DNA of 56,771 bases, filler included, from Sphacelaria rigidula (lineage: Eukaryota), in assembly GCA_964200075.2 (NCBI GenBank). It is 5 parts of 5 records of this genome, joined end to end, with 100 filler letters (N's around TTAATTAATTAA, not from the genome) between each part and the next. Parts side by side here need not be neighbours in the genome. Positions count along the whole stretch, not along the records: positions 1 to 11,276 come from CAXNAA020005130.1; 4 more parts are not named here. One strand, given 5' to 3'. The stretch's first letter is position 1. Each line of letters starts with the position of its first letter. Both the position numbers and the translations under genes were made by a program. Under the pieces are notes generated by a model. That model ran no database searches. It was not told the DNA's origin and was given only the letters and a program-made list of their open reading frames with translations. Positions 1-11,376 of this stretch are shown piece after piece.

Positions 1-298
1 TCGTTGGCCAGCTGCCTCCACCTCGACCGTATCCGCCTCCATGTTCGGGGAGCGCATGTGCATGGTGACCGTCTTATGTATGTCTTATTCCAGCTCTTGG
101 GAAATATCCGTCATCAGTTTGTCCGCTGCAGTGGGTGGAATTGAGCGGCAGCTCTCGAAGAAAGTGCTCATTAACATGGTCTATACTTGGAGGCCAAAAT
201 AATTGTGCCATCATGTTTCATCGAGTCTGCTGACTCCACTGTGTTGTGCTGTTTCTGGAGGGGTGGTAACGAACGTGACGCTAAATCAGGCGCAGCCC

Positions 299-576
299 TT
301 TTTTTTTTTCGTCACAGGTTGAATCCGTCCCCTTCCTCGGGACGAGTCGGTGGTCTCAAACGAACAACCTATCTCTCCCCGGTACAAGCCTTGCATTTTG
401 GTCTCGGGAATGGGGTCAGCACTCCCGCACCGCGTCAGACAAATTCAGTCAACTACTTTACTCACGCTTTCGACGGTGGAATCAGATACTTCGAAGAAAA
501 AAACAAAATCATTGAGGATCGAACCCACCTTCTCTCCATCGTAGCCTCATCGCGACAGTCGGACCATTACTACTGG
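299..576 (-). mobile_element. tRNA-derived SINE family A, long form
   Basis: Reverse complement aligns by eye with copies at 21658 and 56388: A-box-like GTAATGG, B-box GGTTCGATCC, shared body, poly-A tail (poly-T at 299-309). Confidence 0.8.
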
Positions 577-581
577 CTTAA

Positions 582-679
582 CCCTTAGGCCGCGAGATTA
601 TTCTTTCTGGATCATGCACACTTTTTTTCACTTGCAATTGATGCCGATTCAACAGAAGACTAGCCTCGCGGTCTAAGGT
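582..679. mobile_element. ~98-bp piggyBac-like MITE
   Basis: TTAA|CCCTTAGGCCGCGAG ... CTCGCGGTCTAAGGT|TTAA: TTAA on both sides, CCC start, ~15-bp TIR; homologue starts at ~41091. Confidence 0.65.
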
Positions 680-1312
680 TTAAACAGCAACTGATTGCTG
701 GTGGGTAACTGCTGGATGACAACGTTACGCAATCGCGGTTGCCTGTGGATGGTTCTGGGGCGAAAAAATCATGCAACACACAACAGTCAGTCTGCTTAGA
801 TGCAAAAATCGCCGAACTGCGTTGCCTGGGAATGACGCTAGGATGAGAAACCTAACGCAATAACCACTCGCAGTTCTGTGTCGTGCAGCAGTCACCGTAC
901 GGTCAAGTAACTACCCAATCACGCGGAACAGCGAAACGAAATTAGTTTAATTACTGTAATCAGTTGTGCCTGAAGAAATGGAGTGAAATATAGGTCTTCT
1001 GAAGAAGATTTTGCGGGCAAACCTTAGACAAACTGCACTTTTTATTAGCATGCATCGGGAGGCGTAATTTCCGCACTTCTGTACGATTATCTGTTGACAG
1101 TAATGCATTGAGATGAGGCATGTGCTACTACATGTATACATACATATGTGTACCGCGATGCCATATCTGTTATGGCGCGCACTGCCCGCATTTCAACCAC
1201 TACACCCTGCCTGCAACAGTCAGTAGTAGCCTTGGATATAGTAGGTATTGATTATTATGCGTTCACTTCCAGTGGGCAAATGAATACAACTATAATAACG
1301 ACGTTGCGTTAC

Positions 1313-1497
1313 CTCGACATGACGACGGCAGGACTCTCGGACTTAGTGGCCACCATCAGCGACTTCCACATCATTGGAACAGAGAGCACGACCATGGCGA
1401 GCCCAAGTGCCTGGAGCGCCACTGGTCGCCTGTTGATGATCCACAGTCTCTTCAGCTCCCCCACTTTCCGGCTGTCCCTCAATAACCCCATCATCAT
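1313..1497 (-). CDS. SEC11: First exon of a signal peptidase complex catalytic subunit SEC11-like gene (divergent, possibly pseudogene)
   Basis: LKRLWIINRRPVALQALGLAMVVLSVPMMWKSLMVATKSESPAVVMS matches the SEC11 N-terminus (Q.L..AMIV.SALMIWKGLM..T.SESP.VVVLSGSMEP); ends at AG|GTAACG donor; no downstream exon found in the contig. Confidence 0.75.
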
Positions 1498-2002
1498 CGC
1501 TCACTTTATTACTATCATCGAAAAATGGCTGAGCGCAACCACCACGAGAGAAGAGGTACATAAGCCTGTCACACCCAGGCCGCTGACTTCTGCATATGCC
1601 GGACTCTTCACTCGCTGAACTTTGGTCGTTCACATTATAGTTCTTCGAACGCGATCGTGCGGGTTAACTAAGCGTGAGGATCGTGCGGCCTCAAGAAATG
1701 ACCACGGGTCTGATTTCGACAGAAGGGACAGGTAATAGGGTGCTCTATGATATGACTCTTTTACAAAGACTGTAGGTGTTCGTATTTTTTTTGGCCCGCT
1801 TCATGGCTTATTGTACTGACAACAGCGCAGTCCAGTTTGATAAACACGTGAGCATCATCGGAAGCTCCCTTGCAGTACATGTGCCACGCAGGCACTCAAA
1901 CACGCCCACACAATAGAGTGATAGACAGAAAATCACTGGTTGTACTTGGTGTGCTGGCTACACAACGGTAACACCCCTTTGTCTCTCTCGATTCTCACTC
2001 TA

Positions 2003-2922
2003 ATGGAAGTTGACGAGGCGAAGCGACGAGGTGCAACTTCATTATTGCAGGTATCGATCGACCAGACTCATGATTCACAAAATCTTGTGCGCGCCGCACA
2101 TCATTGCCGGGTACGGCAACGACGGCGACTCTGTCAATGCACCACTACCGTGACGGCTGCGGCTGTAGCTGCCCCGCTGACCCTCCTCGCCTGCGGGTGG
2201 GCGGCCTTTCAGAGCAAGAGCACATGGGGTGCCGAAGCCTTTGCCGTATGTAGCAGCAGTAGTAGTAGCCACCGGCAATGCAGCCAACAGCGTACCAGCA
2301 CCGCGCCGCGGTGGCCTCCTCAGGCAGGAGCATCAGGTTGGGGCAGGCGAGAACGTCGACCAACAACATACAAGAATAGGGCGCTAGGGGAGGTAGTAAG
2401 TCAGCAACGTAGATCTGGAATCATTGCGGGGGCCACGATAGAGGACCTACAAGAAGGCGAACGTCGCGGCGGTGGCCGCCGCGGCCGCCGCCGAGGTAAC
2501 TCGAAGAGCGAGACGATCGACACCTTGTGGGAAGATGATGCTGATGCCATCAACCACGGCGTCTACACCGCGATCACCCCAGAGATCAACGGTGCGGCCG
2601 TTTTGCAAGAAACCGCGGCAGCGGCGGAGGCGGCGGAGGCGGAGGCGGAGGCGGTGGCCGCACAGGCGGCAGCAGCCGAGGCGGCGGCGGCGGCAGTGGG
2701 TGGTGACATGGTGGTGAACGGAGTGAAGGGTGTTGAGGGTAACATTGGCGGATTGGAATTGGAAGCAGGAGCAGGTATTCTCGACGGAGTAGATATCAAC
2801 GGTGCGGGTGTTGCTGATTTCTCATCGCCTGAGATGCAAAGTATATGGACAGAGACGGGGGCCAGTCGTGGTGCGAGGGTTGCTGCGGGCCCACCCACCA
2901 AGAGTCAGGCCGCGGAAGAGAG
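2003..2922 (+). CDS. Exon 1 of a probable plastid-targeted protein (PPR-like, see 10776)
   Basis: Long ORF with hydrophobic stretch, AEAFAV (ASAFAP-like) motif, Ser/Arg-rich transit-like segment and Ala/Glu-rich linker; donor AG|GTAGGT at 2922/2923, phase 2; start codon uncertain. Confidence 0.6.
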
Positions 2923-5727
2923 GTAGGTGCACTGTGGAAAGCAAGATTGCTGCTGCTACACTCGTTGTACTGACTGTTATCCTGGACCTGCAGCGGATCC
3001 ATTGCTGAACACACTACCCTCGAGTGTATCTTTCCCCCTTTGTGGTGTAAAAATTGTTGCACGTCTCTAAATCCAAGTACGTAAGCGCTGTGCGGGCCAT
3101 GCACACGCGCATGATGTAATGGTGCGTGGTACTTTGTTGCACTGCACCGTACTGTGATGTTGTGCTGTGAGGGTAGTCTGTACTGCAGATGTGTATTTGT
3201 TATAATACATGGGTATGGTGGTGTATCATCATGTTCATTCTGGGGGGGCTGTTGTGGGTGGGTGTGTGGCTTTCGTTGTGCCATAATCAGCAACATCACT
3301 ACTGACTGTCATGTCCTGATCTCGCCGACAAAACGCAGTTGAATTTGTTGTTTTTTCGTTTTCTTCGTTTTCTTCATGCTACATGTGTCTGTTGATGCAG
3401 CTGTGCGGTGTACGTTCACTACACGCTCGCTCTATCGAGTAAACTATTATCGTACCAGCTCTTTGGGAATGTGCTATGGCCATGTTGATTCGTGGGACAG
3501 CAACGTCACTCCACCAGTCGTTAACAAGTAGCAAGCATCGCATTTCCACTGAGGAGCCAGAGGATGAGCTCATGAACGTTTGCTGCGTTTGTATCAGTGT
3601 GAATCAAATACACTTGGCCGAGCTCACGAGTTTTCCGAGCGTTACAGGACTGTACGCTTCAAAAACAGCGTCACAGACAGTAGAGGACTACGTGCAACCC
3701 TCATGTTTTCGCGGGACACTCCAGTAGGCCGCTTGTTCAACAGCCCAAGCCCCGGGCATGTCACCAGCTGCGCTTCACAATTTGGACATGGCTTCAGGCT
3801 TGAACGTAGTTGGACCAATGCTTGCTCTGTCGGACACGCGTCACTTCCAATACGTTCCGCTCCGAAGCCAGTTTGTCTTCCGAATGTAAACAGAGCGAGG
3901 GTCATGACAAAAGTACTACTATACACGGAACTCTAGTGTACGGTACACCAGGGCATCTCCTGTTTCATGTTCTTAGATCCAGCTTCCCCTTCTGTCTGGT
4001 CTTTGCCCTCGATGTCGTGAAATTTACGGCGCTTCCTGCAATAGCCACACTCTTGAAAACGAAAATAATCGTATGATAGTAGTAGAGAGGGGAGGGAGGA
4101 GTGATGGCAATGTGTCGTAAATGACATTGAGTTACAGTCGGAGCGGGAGTCGGGCACGTGGAGCACGAGCGTCTTCGTGGATGTCTGATGTGTATGTTCG
4201 TATGAACGGATTCATACAGAGCACTTCAAGGCTTCTTGAAACAAATAACGACAGACAGCCATCCTCCATTCCCAAGTCGAACAAAGAGTAACCCTCCAAC
4301 CTGTTGAAAAGGGGTATAACTTCGTCAAGACCTCATGGTGAATGACGAGTTCTCGGAAAGTGCACACTAATGGTGAATACTGAAACCGTACCCGCAGGTC
4401 ATGCTGTAACGAAAATGCCTCTGTAGATCTTCCCCTCCCCCAACCTCCCCCCGTAGCGACGATCGACTCAAAAACCAAAGAAAAGGAGGCGTTTTGCTGA
4501 CAATATCTGCGGGTGTTTTGTGCGATAAATGTTGTATTTTTCCCTTCGCTAGACCTCTGCCAGGACTAGCTTGTCACTTTCATGTCATGCCGTCGGAATT
4601 TATTGCGAGTTGTTTCACCCATTACCATCCCTGGTGCCGTACACGATGGACTTGGAACCGAGAACGGAATACGTGCATCGCGCACTGTGCTGCTTTGTAG
4701 TGTGTGGTCCGAATCAGCACGACACATGATATCATTTACAACAGGTCTACAGTGCAGTCAGTGCAATGCTCATGTGCACCCGAAACTCCTCTCGCTTCCC
4801 CTTCGCGGTCCTGGATCATGACCGACAACGCCAAAGCGAACCGCATGAGGAAAGGAAGAAAATTCGATTCGTGCCCACCGCGCTGCGTGTATTTTTGCAT
4901 CCGTCAAGCCTTTGACCTCCAGCTCCCGATTCGCCGAATATCATCCACGATTACATTTACGTTCGGATCTGTTATTTTTCAAGTGCCACAACACGCCTTT
5001 TTCTCTGAACGGGTGCATGCTGAGTGTTTATATGAAAAATCGTACAAGGGGGCCCCTGACTGTTTTTCTGGCCGAGCCGCATGGGTGTACGTTTCGGTGC
5101 GAAATAGACGATACTTGCTGTCATGCGCAATCAAGTGTTGCGGGCCGGTTAACACTGCTGCTGCGATGTACCAGGGCAACATACGCTCCCCATTGTTCCA
5201 ACACTCGGTACTTTGGAGGCGTTGCTGGCGCACCTTCTGGATGTTTTGATTTGGCACTACACATCATATTATTGTCGCATTAATGTGCTCTTCATGGTAA
5301 CGCGTTGCTGGTGCTTCACGAGCTGGGCCAGCAGTACATCCCGCATTGGCATGTCCCGCCATAACTCGTCAAGTTTACCAAATCAGCTCGACTTGAGCAT
5401 ATCGCTGTGAACCGCAAACCAACCTGGTAATGCACGGCACCACCCCTGGTCGATTGGCGAAGTTTTGGCGATGATGTTATTGTACTGCATTGAGTACAGG
5501 CAACGTCTCGTGTCGTTGCGTGATCGCATGTCTGGAGACGTGTCGTTTCACGAAAGGCGGTGGAATTACGGTAGAGAATTGCACCGCGCAGGCACGCGAA
5601 AACTCGACATGCGCAGGCAAAAGCATACTGGTACGAGTAGTGCTGCAAGATGGCATCAAGGTCGTCAATAGCTCCATCATGGGAGAGAACGTTCCAGCCG
5701 ACGGTCATTCACCACCGTAAGAGGAAG

Positions 5728-5881
5728 AACTACTACTGTACCTCGAACTGCGTTATACACCCCTCAGATGCAAGGCGCTATACCAGATTATGCGCGGAGA
5801 CAAAATGGTCGTGTCGGGATTCGAACTCGCGTCGTCTGTAATAAGAGGCGGTTCTACCAGTTTGACCACGGGGGCGCAGCC
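5728..5881 (-). mobile_element. tRNA-derived SINE family C (short)
   Basis: Minus strand has A-box TGGTCAAACTGG and B-box GAGTTCGAATCC without a proper cloverleaf, then a short body ending in AGT-like repeats; single copy here. Confidence 0.55.
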
Positions 5882-6893
5882 GTGCCACACAACAAATTGG
5901 ATGCTGTGCCAAATTTCTCAAAATATTGGCCGAAATTGCACCAGGGTCCCCTCCCCACAAGGACGCACAACATTTTGGGGGATGCCTCCGTATTTATTTT
6001 TTTCACGGAAGTATAACATTTTTCTAGTTTTTGCTAAAACTTCAAATCGCTCCAACTTTTTATTTTTGGCATCCCTAGAAATGCTGTGTTGAAATTTCAG
6101 CCCCAAACTCTTCGAATTACCGACAGCATCGACAGGATACATGAAGAAATCACTGTGAGCTGGCCCAGCCTGTACAGCACAGACGGAAGTTTCCGAAAAT
6201 ATCCTGGAGTTCAAAGAGGATGAACAAGCGTTGCTGATATCAACGCGACGAAGTACAAGGAACAGCACAGACGGTGGTAACAATGCCCTTGCTTTCCACT
6301 GCACACACTTGACGTCTGTGGTAAATGGTCAACTGTTGAAATCCAGTTTCACCTCCAGGTAGGTACTTCGTGCGATATTGGGTGATTTCTCTGAGAGCTT
6401 CGTGCATTATTATACAGTTTCAGCCATCACAGACTATCAAAATGGTTGTTCCACCCCTCTTAATGTGCGTTGTCCTGCCAAGAAATTTACTGGTAACGCG
6501 CATAGTTGATCCGAAGAGCATTTGCTCATTATCGAGGGACTTACGCCCCCCCCCCCCCCCTTTTGCCGTCAAAAACATGGGAACCCCTGTACTGTCCGCC
6601 AGTGAACTGTTCCGAAACGATCCTGGAGGTCAAAGGGTTGAATAACCGTTGCTGGTATCGCTTTCCCACCAATAAACGGCAAAGGCAGGTAGAATATCGG
6701 CACAGGACCCATACATGACGATTTTGTTGTGAATAAAAATATTCGCGCGAAGCGCGAATATGGCGGAGCGTTGAAGATAGGCACCCGGCAAGAACTGAGG
6801 ACTCGTTAAAAATCAGGCGAAGAACTAAAACCTGGGACTTGTCGTGTTTCACTACACGGCAGCACAAACACACTCGCGTCCTCTCTCATGTGC

Positions 6894-7482
6894 TGTAGCT
6901 ATCACTGTTTAGTGGTGCATTTGGACCTTGCGAAGACGGTTTGGTCGGGATCGCCTGAGCTGCTGTATTGTTTGTGTTCGTCTCTGTAGAAAGTAGTACC
7001 AGTCCAGACGCACTGCTGTTTACACACAGACTTTTTAAAACTTCATAGCTTGTTGACTGTTTCGTCTTCCGTAAAACGAACAATGCGCTGCCCAGACCCA
7101 TCATTTGCGCGATATCAAACACGGCTGGGTGAAGACACACAACCAGTGTCGGTATAACCTGCTCGACCGGCTGGGCCAAACCCCGTGCTCCCATGAAAGG
7201 AAAAACCGACGCACAGTGTGGATATACGGCACAGCCAGGGTACTGATTGCCCCCGGCAGCATGGCGGCCGCTGCTGCTGGCATCGGCGCCAGGGTTCACG
7301 GCCACGCAAAGACACAGTCAGCCATACTCAAATGAGGATGTACCGATACACGAACATCGTCATTACCCCCTGGGGCGGCAGTGTACCACTTGCTGCGTGC
7401 TTGTCTGCTGGCTGCTTCGTTTCTCTGCTGCTGCTCTATCCGTCCCGGCGCGACCATGTACTCTAGTACGTCGTAGACTACA
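6894..7482. mobile_element. Candidate solo LTR
   Basis: TGTAG...CTACA termini, ~590 bp, non-coding; flanking TSD only partial (TGTGC vs GGTGT). Confidence 0.35.
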
Positions 7483-8530
7483 GGTGTGACTGAAGTCTGC
7501 GAGCTAATTACGAGCATTTTTCTGTACATACTTCACGACAAAGGTCGCATTTCATTGGCGCTAGATACCGCCAATTCCTTACTGAAGGGCCTCTGATTAC
7601 ACTGAAAAAAAGACGGGGAGGAGCCGGAGGCTTTGGGCTTCAAGTAGAGACAATGAACACCGAGTGACGAGCTAACATGGTTTAGATCGCTACCGTCGAG
7701 ACCCAATATAAGACGGACCTGCGGACAGTGGGTGTGACTTTTCTAACCGGGGCATTGGTTGTGTGTAGGCTGTAGCTTCTCACTCGGTTAAAGAGTACGG
7801 AGTGTGCGGAGCCGCGACGTGGACATGAACGGGACGGACTTTGCAAGGCAGAGCTTGGGTTGGAACTCAAGAATGCCCGGTTGAGACTCACTTTTATGGC
7901 AACGAATCTCGATTTTTTTGGGACCCCGGGGAGACGAATTCGTGAACTCAAAATCGGAGGGACCGTTTTATGGCACAGACAGTACAGTATCACAGATTCG
8001 GAAACGGTTCTGTACACAGACGGTCATTTTCTGAATGAGTGTGGTACTGCTTACTCGTGCATGAAGCCGAAGAACAGGCAGGCGGTAGACAATCCTTCGA
8101 GTACAGTGTCGTACCTCGGTACCCTGGGGTAATACAGTGCAGGGCACTACACCAGTACAGTACATGATAATGCCGTGTGCTTGTACATGTTGGCACAGCC
8201 GGTATTGCGAGAACAGACAACAAACAGGGCGCGAGCAGAGTGCAGTAGTACAGTGCCATACATCACCCCTCAAGTACAGCGACAACAGCTAGGAGAGTAT
8301 AGTAGCGTTCGTTATGGTGATACATATGGCAGCGCAGCGCAGCGCAGCATAAAGTGTTAGGATCGCCCCAGGGTACGGCGTCAACACGTATTATCCGCCT
8401 GCCAAACCCCGTGCGAAGTTGCTACAGCAGCTGGGGCGGGCAGTAGGCACGCCCTGTGCTGTCACGAGACTGTTTTCTGCTGCCTCTGCAAAAATATCAA
8501 ACGTCTCGTACTCGAGTACTCTACGTCAAT

Positions 8531-8731
8531 GCACGTACGTCACCTAAAAAAAATCGGGGGGAGTGACAATCTCGAAACGATTCCTCCCGATTTTTTCGAA
8601 AAATCGTGGGAAACCGTTCCGAGATCGTGACCCCTCGATTTTTTCGCTCCCGATTTGGTCCAAATCCGTGTCCGTAGAAAGCATTCCCCGATTTTTTGTC
8701 CCCCCGATTTTGAAAAAGTCGAGATGCGTGC
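8531..8731. mobile_element. Foldback MITE
   Basis: Imperfect TIRs GCACGT...AAAATCGGGGGGA / TCCCCCCGATTTT...ATGCGTGC plus a strong internal hairpin at ~8568-8625. Confidence 0.55.
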
Positions 8732-9106
8732 CTGCCATGATGAGCTCAGACTGGGGAGTGGAGGATGACAGTCCCAGGGTGATGAGCCCGGGAAGACGGT
8801 CCGAGTTGACTAGCCCGGAGCTATTAGTAAGCGGGTCGGGTCATAGACTGATCACAATGACATATGATTCGTTAAAATTCACATTTTACTCAAAAATTTA
8901 CTCCCGTATACGGTCGTAGTGCCAGATTATCGTACCCGAAGATCAAGGGCAATTTGCAGCTATATACTTTGAAGTAGCCACTAATTGACAAACGCGTACT
9001 ATTTGCCGTTGCACATGAACAAAAGAGGACCGTGGCCCGAAAACAACCCAAGAATGTCTGCAGTGCAATGCCGGTCAACTCCCCAAGCTTTTGGAAGTTG
9101 CACAAA

Positions 9107-9462
9107 TGTGTGTGTTGTCCCATCTATTCTGGACGCCAGTTTACAACTTTCGATGTTTGTGGGCGCACCAGCCGGGGTCACACAGGAGGAAGGTCAACAC
9201 AGCAGCTTTTTCTTCTTTGTTTGTTTTTAGTACCCCACCTTCCTTTTGCGGTGCTTGCCTTTTTATTTTCTATCACGAAAGGGGTTCACCAGTCCCCTGC
9301 CCTCGTCGACCGTTGAGCCGAATTTTGTGTACCCACGATATAGTCGCTCTCCACTGTTGGGCATGGTGTGAGAAAAAATCCCAGATCGCTCCGAGAATTG
9401 AACCCACGACCCAATCGTCAGGAGGTTCCGAGGTTACCAACTGAGCCGCCGGGGCGACCGGC
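9107..9462 (-). mobile_element. tRNA-derived SINE family B, near full length
   Basis: Minus-strand head GCCGGTCGCCCCGGCGGCTCAGTTGGTAA...GGGTTCAATTC, body shared with 45105-45220, (CA)n-like tail shared with 44750-44808 and 46447-46492. Confidence 0.8.
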
Positions 9463-9526
9463 AAACAAAAGAACAAAACCCACCCTTGCCCTCCCATCAT
9501 TCCCTAGCATGCCTTTGTATAAACAA

Positions 9527-9671
9527 CACACCCTGGACGAAAGATTACATTTGTTGAAAGATATGCTGCGTACAGTATTGAATTTATTGTCTATTGCAAT
9601 ATGTTCAGTAGACGATGCTGCACACGGTACACTTTTTGACGATGTCATCTTCTGTCATTATCCAGGATGCG
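9527..9671. mobile_element. Short MITE of the CACAC-TGGAC TIR family
   Basis: CACACCCTGGACGAAAGA ... GTCATTATCCAGGATGCG ends match the TIRs of 51921-53718. Confidence 0.55.
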
Positions 9672-9992
9672 ATGAAACAGCGTCAGCTTGATTTTGCGGG
9701 GCTAAGGTGCAGTCAGAGACGTACACACGGACATAATTGGCGTCTGGACTATGCAGTGTTTCAGCCAAACTTTTGAGTTCCGTCTTTCACAAGGCAGTGA
9801 TCCACATATTTGGCAGGATATTGGTGGGTTACCTATACCGGTGCGTTCATGTTTGTGGTCTGTGGCAAAAAGTTTTATCTTGACATGTAGGTTTCAGGTA
9901 AACGGGAGTAATCTCAGTTGTATCGCGTTTGTGTATGTATGTGTGTGTACGTTCAAGTGACTTGGTTACAAAGAACTGTCATCACTATCCTG

Positions 9993-10190
9993 TTGATTGA
10001 TTTGATTGATTCTCGCACATTAACTGATCCCCCAGGAGTCATGATCCAGCCGTGGTCATTATCCATACCATGGACGTACCCAGATGAATCCAAACGGAAA
10101 CAGCCGCTGAATGAAAGTGAAGAAAACAGAGAGGTGAAACAGACACGAAGTGTAGACTTGACGAAAAAAACAAAATTGTCAGCCTCTGCA
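9993..10190 (-). mobile_element. 3' end of a (CAAT)n-tailed non-LTR retroposon
   Basis: Reverse complement aligns with 54780-54972, ending GGGGGATC...TGTGCGAGAATCAATC. Confidence 0.65.
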
Positions 10191-10775
10191 ACATAGCTTC
10201 GGCGTGGAAATGTTTTTCGCAAATAACACTCACACCTATTCGATGAAAAAATTGAAAAAAAAATCACTGAAGAAAAACCGTCGAAATAAATTGTGGCTCA
10301 TCCATTTCGATCGCACTATTTTGGCTATGAAGCTCTCATCCATGAACCCTACGGCGGCGAGGCGTCCTTGCTACTGCATACGTCGGGAGGAAAGAGAAGC
10401 AGCAGCAGCATCAGGGCTTCCTATCTGGTCACCCACCGCAGTACTAATTTGGCCCAACGCCGCTTAACTTCACAGAGCGGACAACATACAGTTCTTTGGA
10501 CATGGTACGACAACCCCGTATATAATGTAAAGTCGCCGCGAGTGTCTGTTCAAGACCCTCCAAATTCTTACACGTGTTTTGTATTTTTTTTTAAGTGATC
10601 CCCCCGCTTCCCCCCCCCCCCCCCCCCCCCCCCCCTCCCCCCCCCCCCAACCCCCCCCTCCCCCTTTCCCCCCAATTTTAACCTTTTTATTCCTTGCGAC
10701 GCTTCAAACACACCAAACCAACGCACACAACAACACCAACAACAACAATTACAAATATGGAATAACACGGCTCAG

Positions 10776-10983
10776 GCTTTTGCCGGCGGTGGAAGCAATC
10801 CAGGCTCTGGAGGATAACCGGGTGGGCCAGGAAGAGAGCTGGCGAGATATAATGAAGAAAATCGCGGAGGTTAAGGCGGAGTACGGGGCCGAAGGTCTCG
10901 GTTTGACGCACGTCTACCAGGTAGCCATGAAGGCCGTGGCGGACGAGCAGCAGCGGGAGGCAGCTTTGCAGCTCTTCTACGAG
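10776..10983 (+). CDS. Internal exon with PPR-like helical repeat; phase-compatible with exon 2003-2922
   Basis: C/A-rich tract then CAG|G acceptor; LLPAVEAIQALED...VYQVAMKAVADEQQREAALQLFYE resembles a PPR motif; GAG|GTAGTC donor; AG from exon 1 + G gives in-frame Arg. Confidence 0.6.
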
Positions 10984-11276
10984 GTAGTCAAAACAGTAGA
11001 TGAAGCAATAGACGAATAGATGAACATGGTAACCACGTTCAAAGGCGCACAACACAAGAGTTATATCTGGGTCGCGTGCAATATGTTGCTGCAAGCTGGC
11101 GTTTGCATCCATCCACTGGACGGGTTGCTCATGCGACTCGCCCAAGACATAATGGCGCTTCGCGCTTGGTGATTGAGAGCGAGCCTGATTGATTGATTGA
11201 TTGATCTTCGCACTTTAACCAACCCCGCCCCCCCCCCCCCCCCCGCCCCGGACCTGGGCGGGCGTGGTGCACTCGC

Positions 11277-11376
11277 NNNNNNNNNNNNNNNNNNNNNNNN
11301 NNNNNNNNNNNNNNNNNNNNTTAATTAATTAANNNNNNNNNNNNNNNNNNNNNNNNNNNNNNNNNNNNNNNNNNNN
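11277..11376. other. Artificial contig linker (N44-TTAATTAATTAA-N44)
   Basis: 100-bp spacer whose core has stop codons in all six frames; identical at four places in the window. Confidence 0.98.

Noticed and set aside
5280-5480. Coding-like minus-strand frame (LDELWRDMPMRDVLLAQLVKHQQ)
   Set aside because: Interrupted by a stop, with no clear splice sites or recognisable family.
10600-10700. Poly-Pro N-terminus of ORF 10579-11019
   Set aside because: Intronic poly-C with likely read errors. Coding-like sequence starts at the acceptor at 10775/10776. Similar garbled C-rich ends occur at 11221-11276 and 56720-56771.
11321-11332. TTAATTAATTAA as a biological palindrome or target site
   Set aside because: It sits in the middle of N runs in all four linkers and is synthetic.
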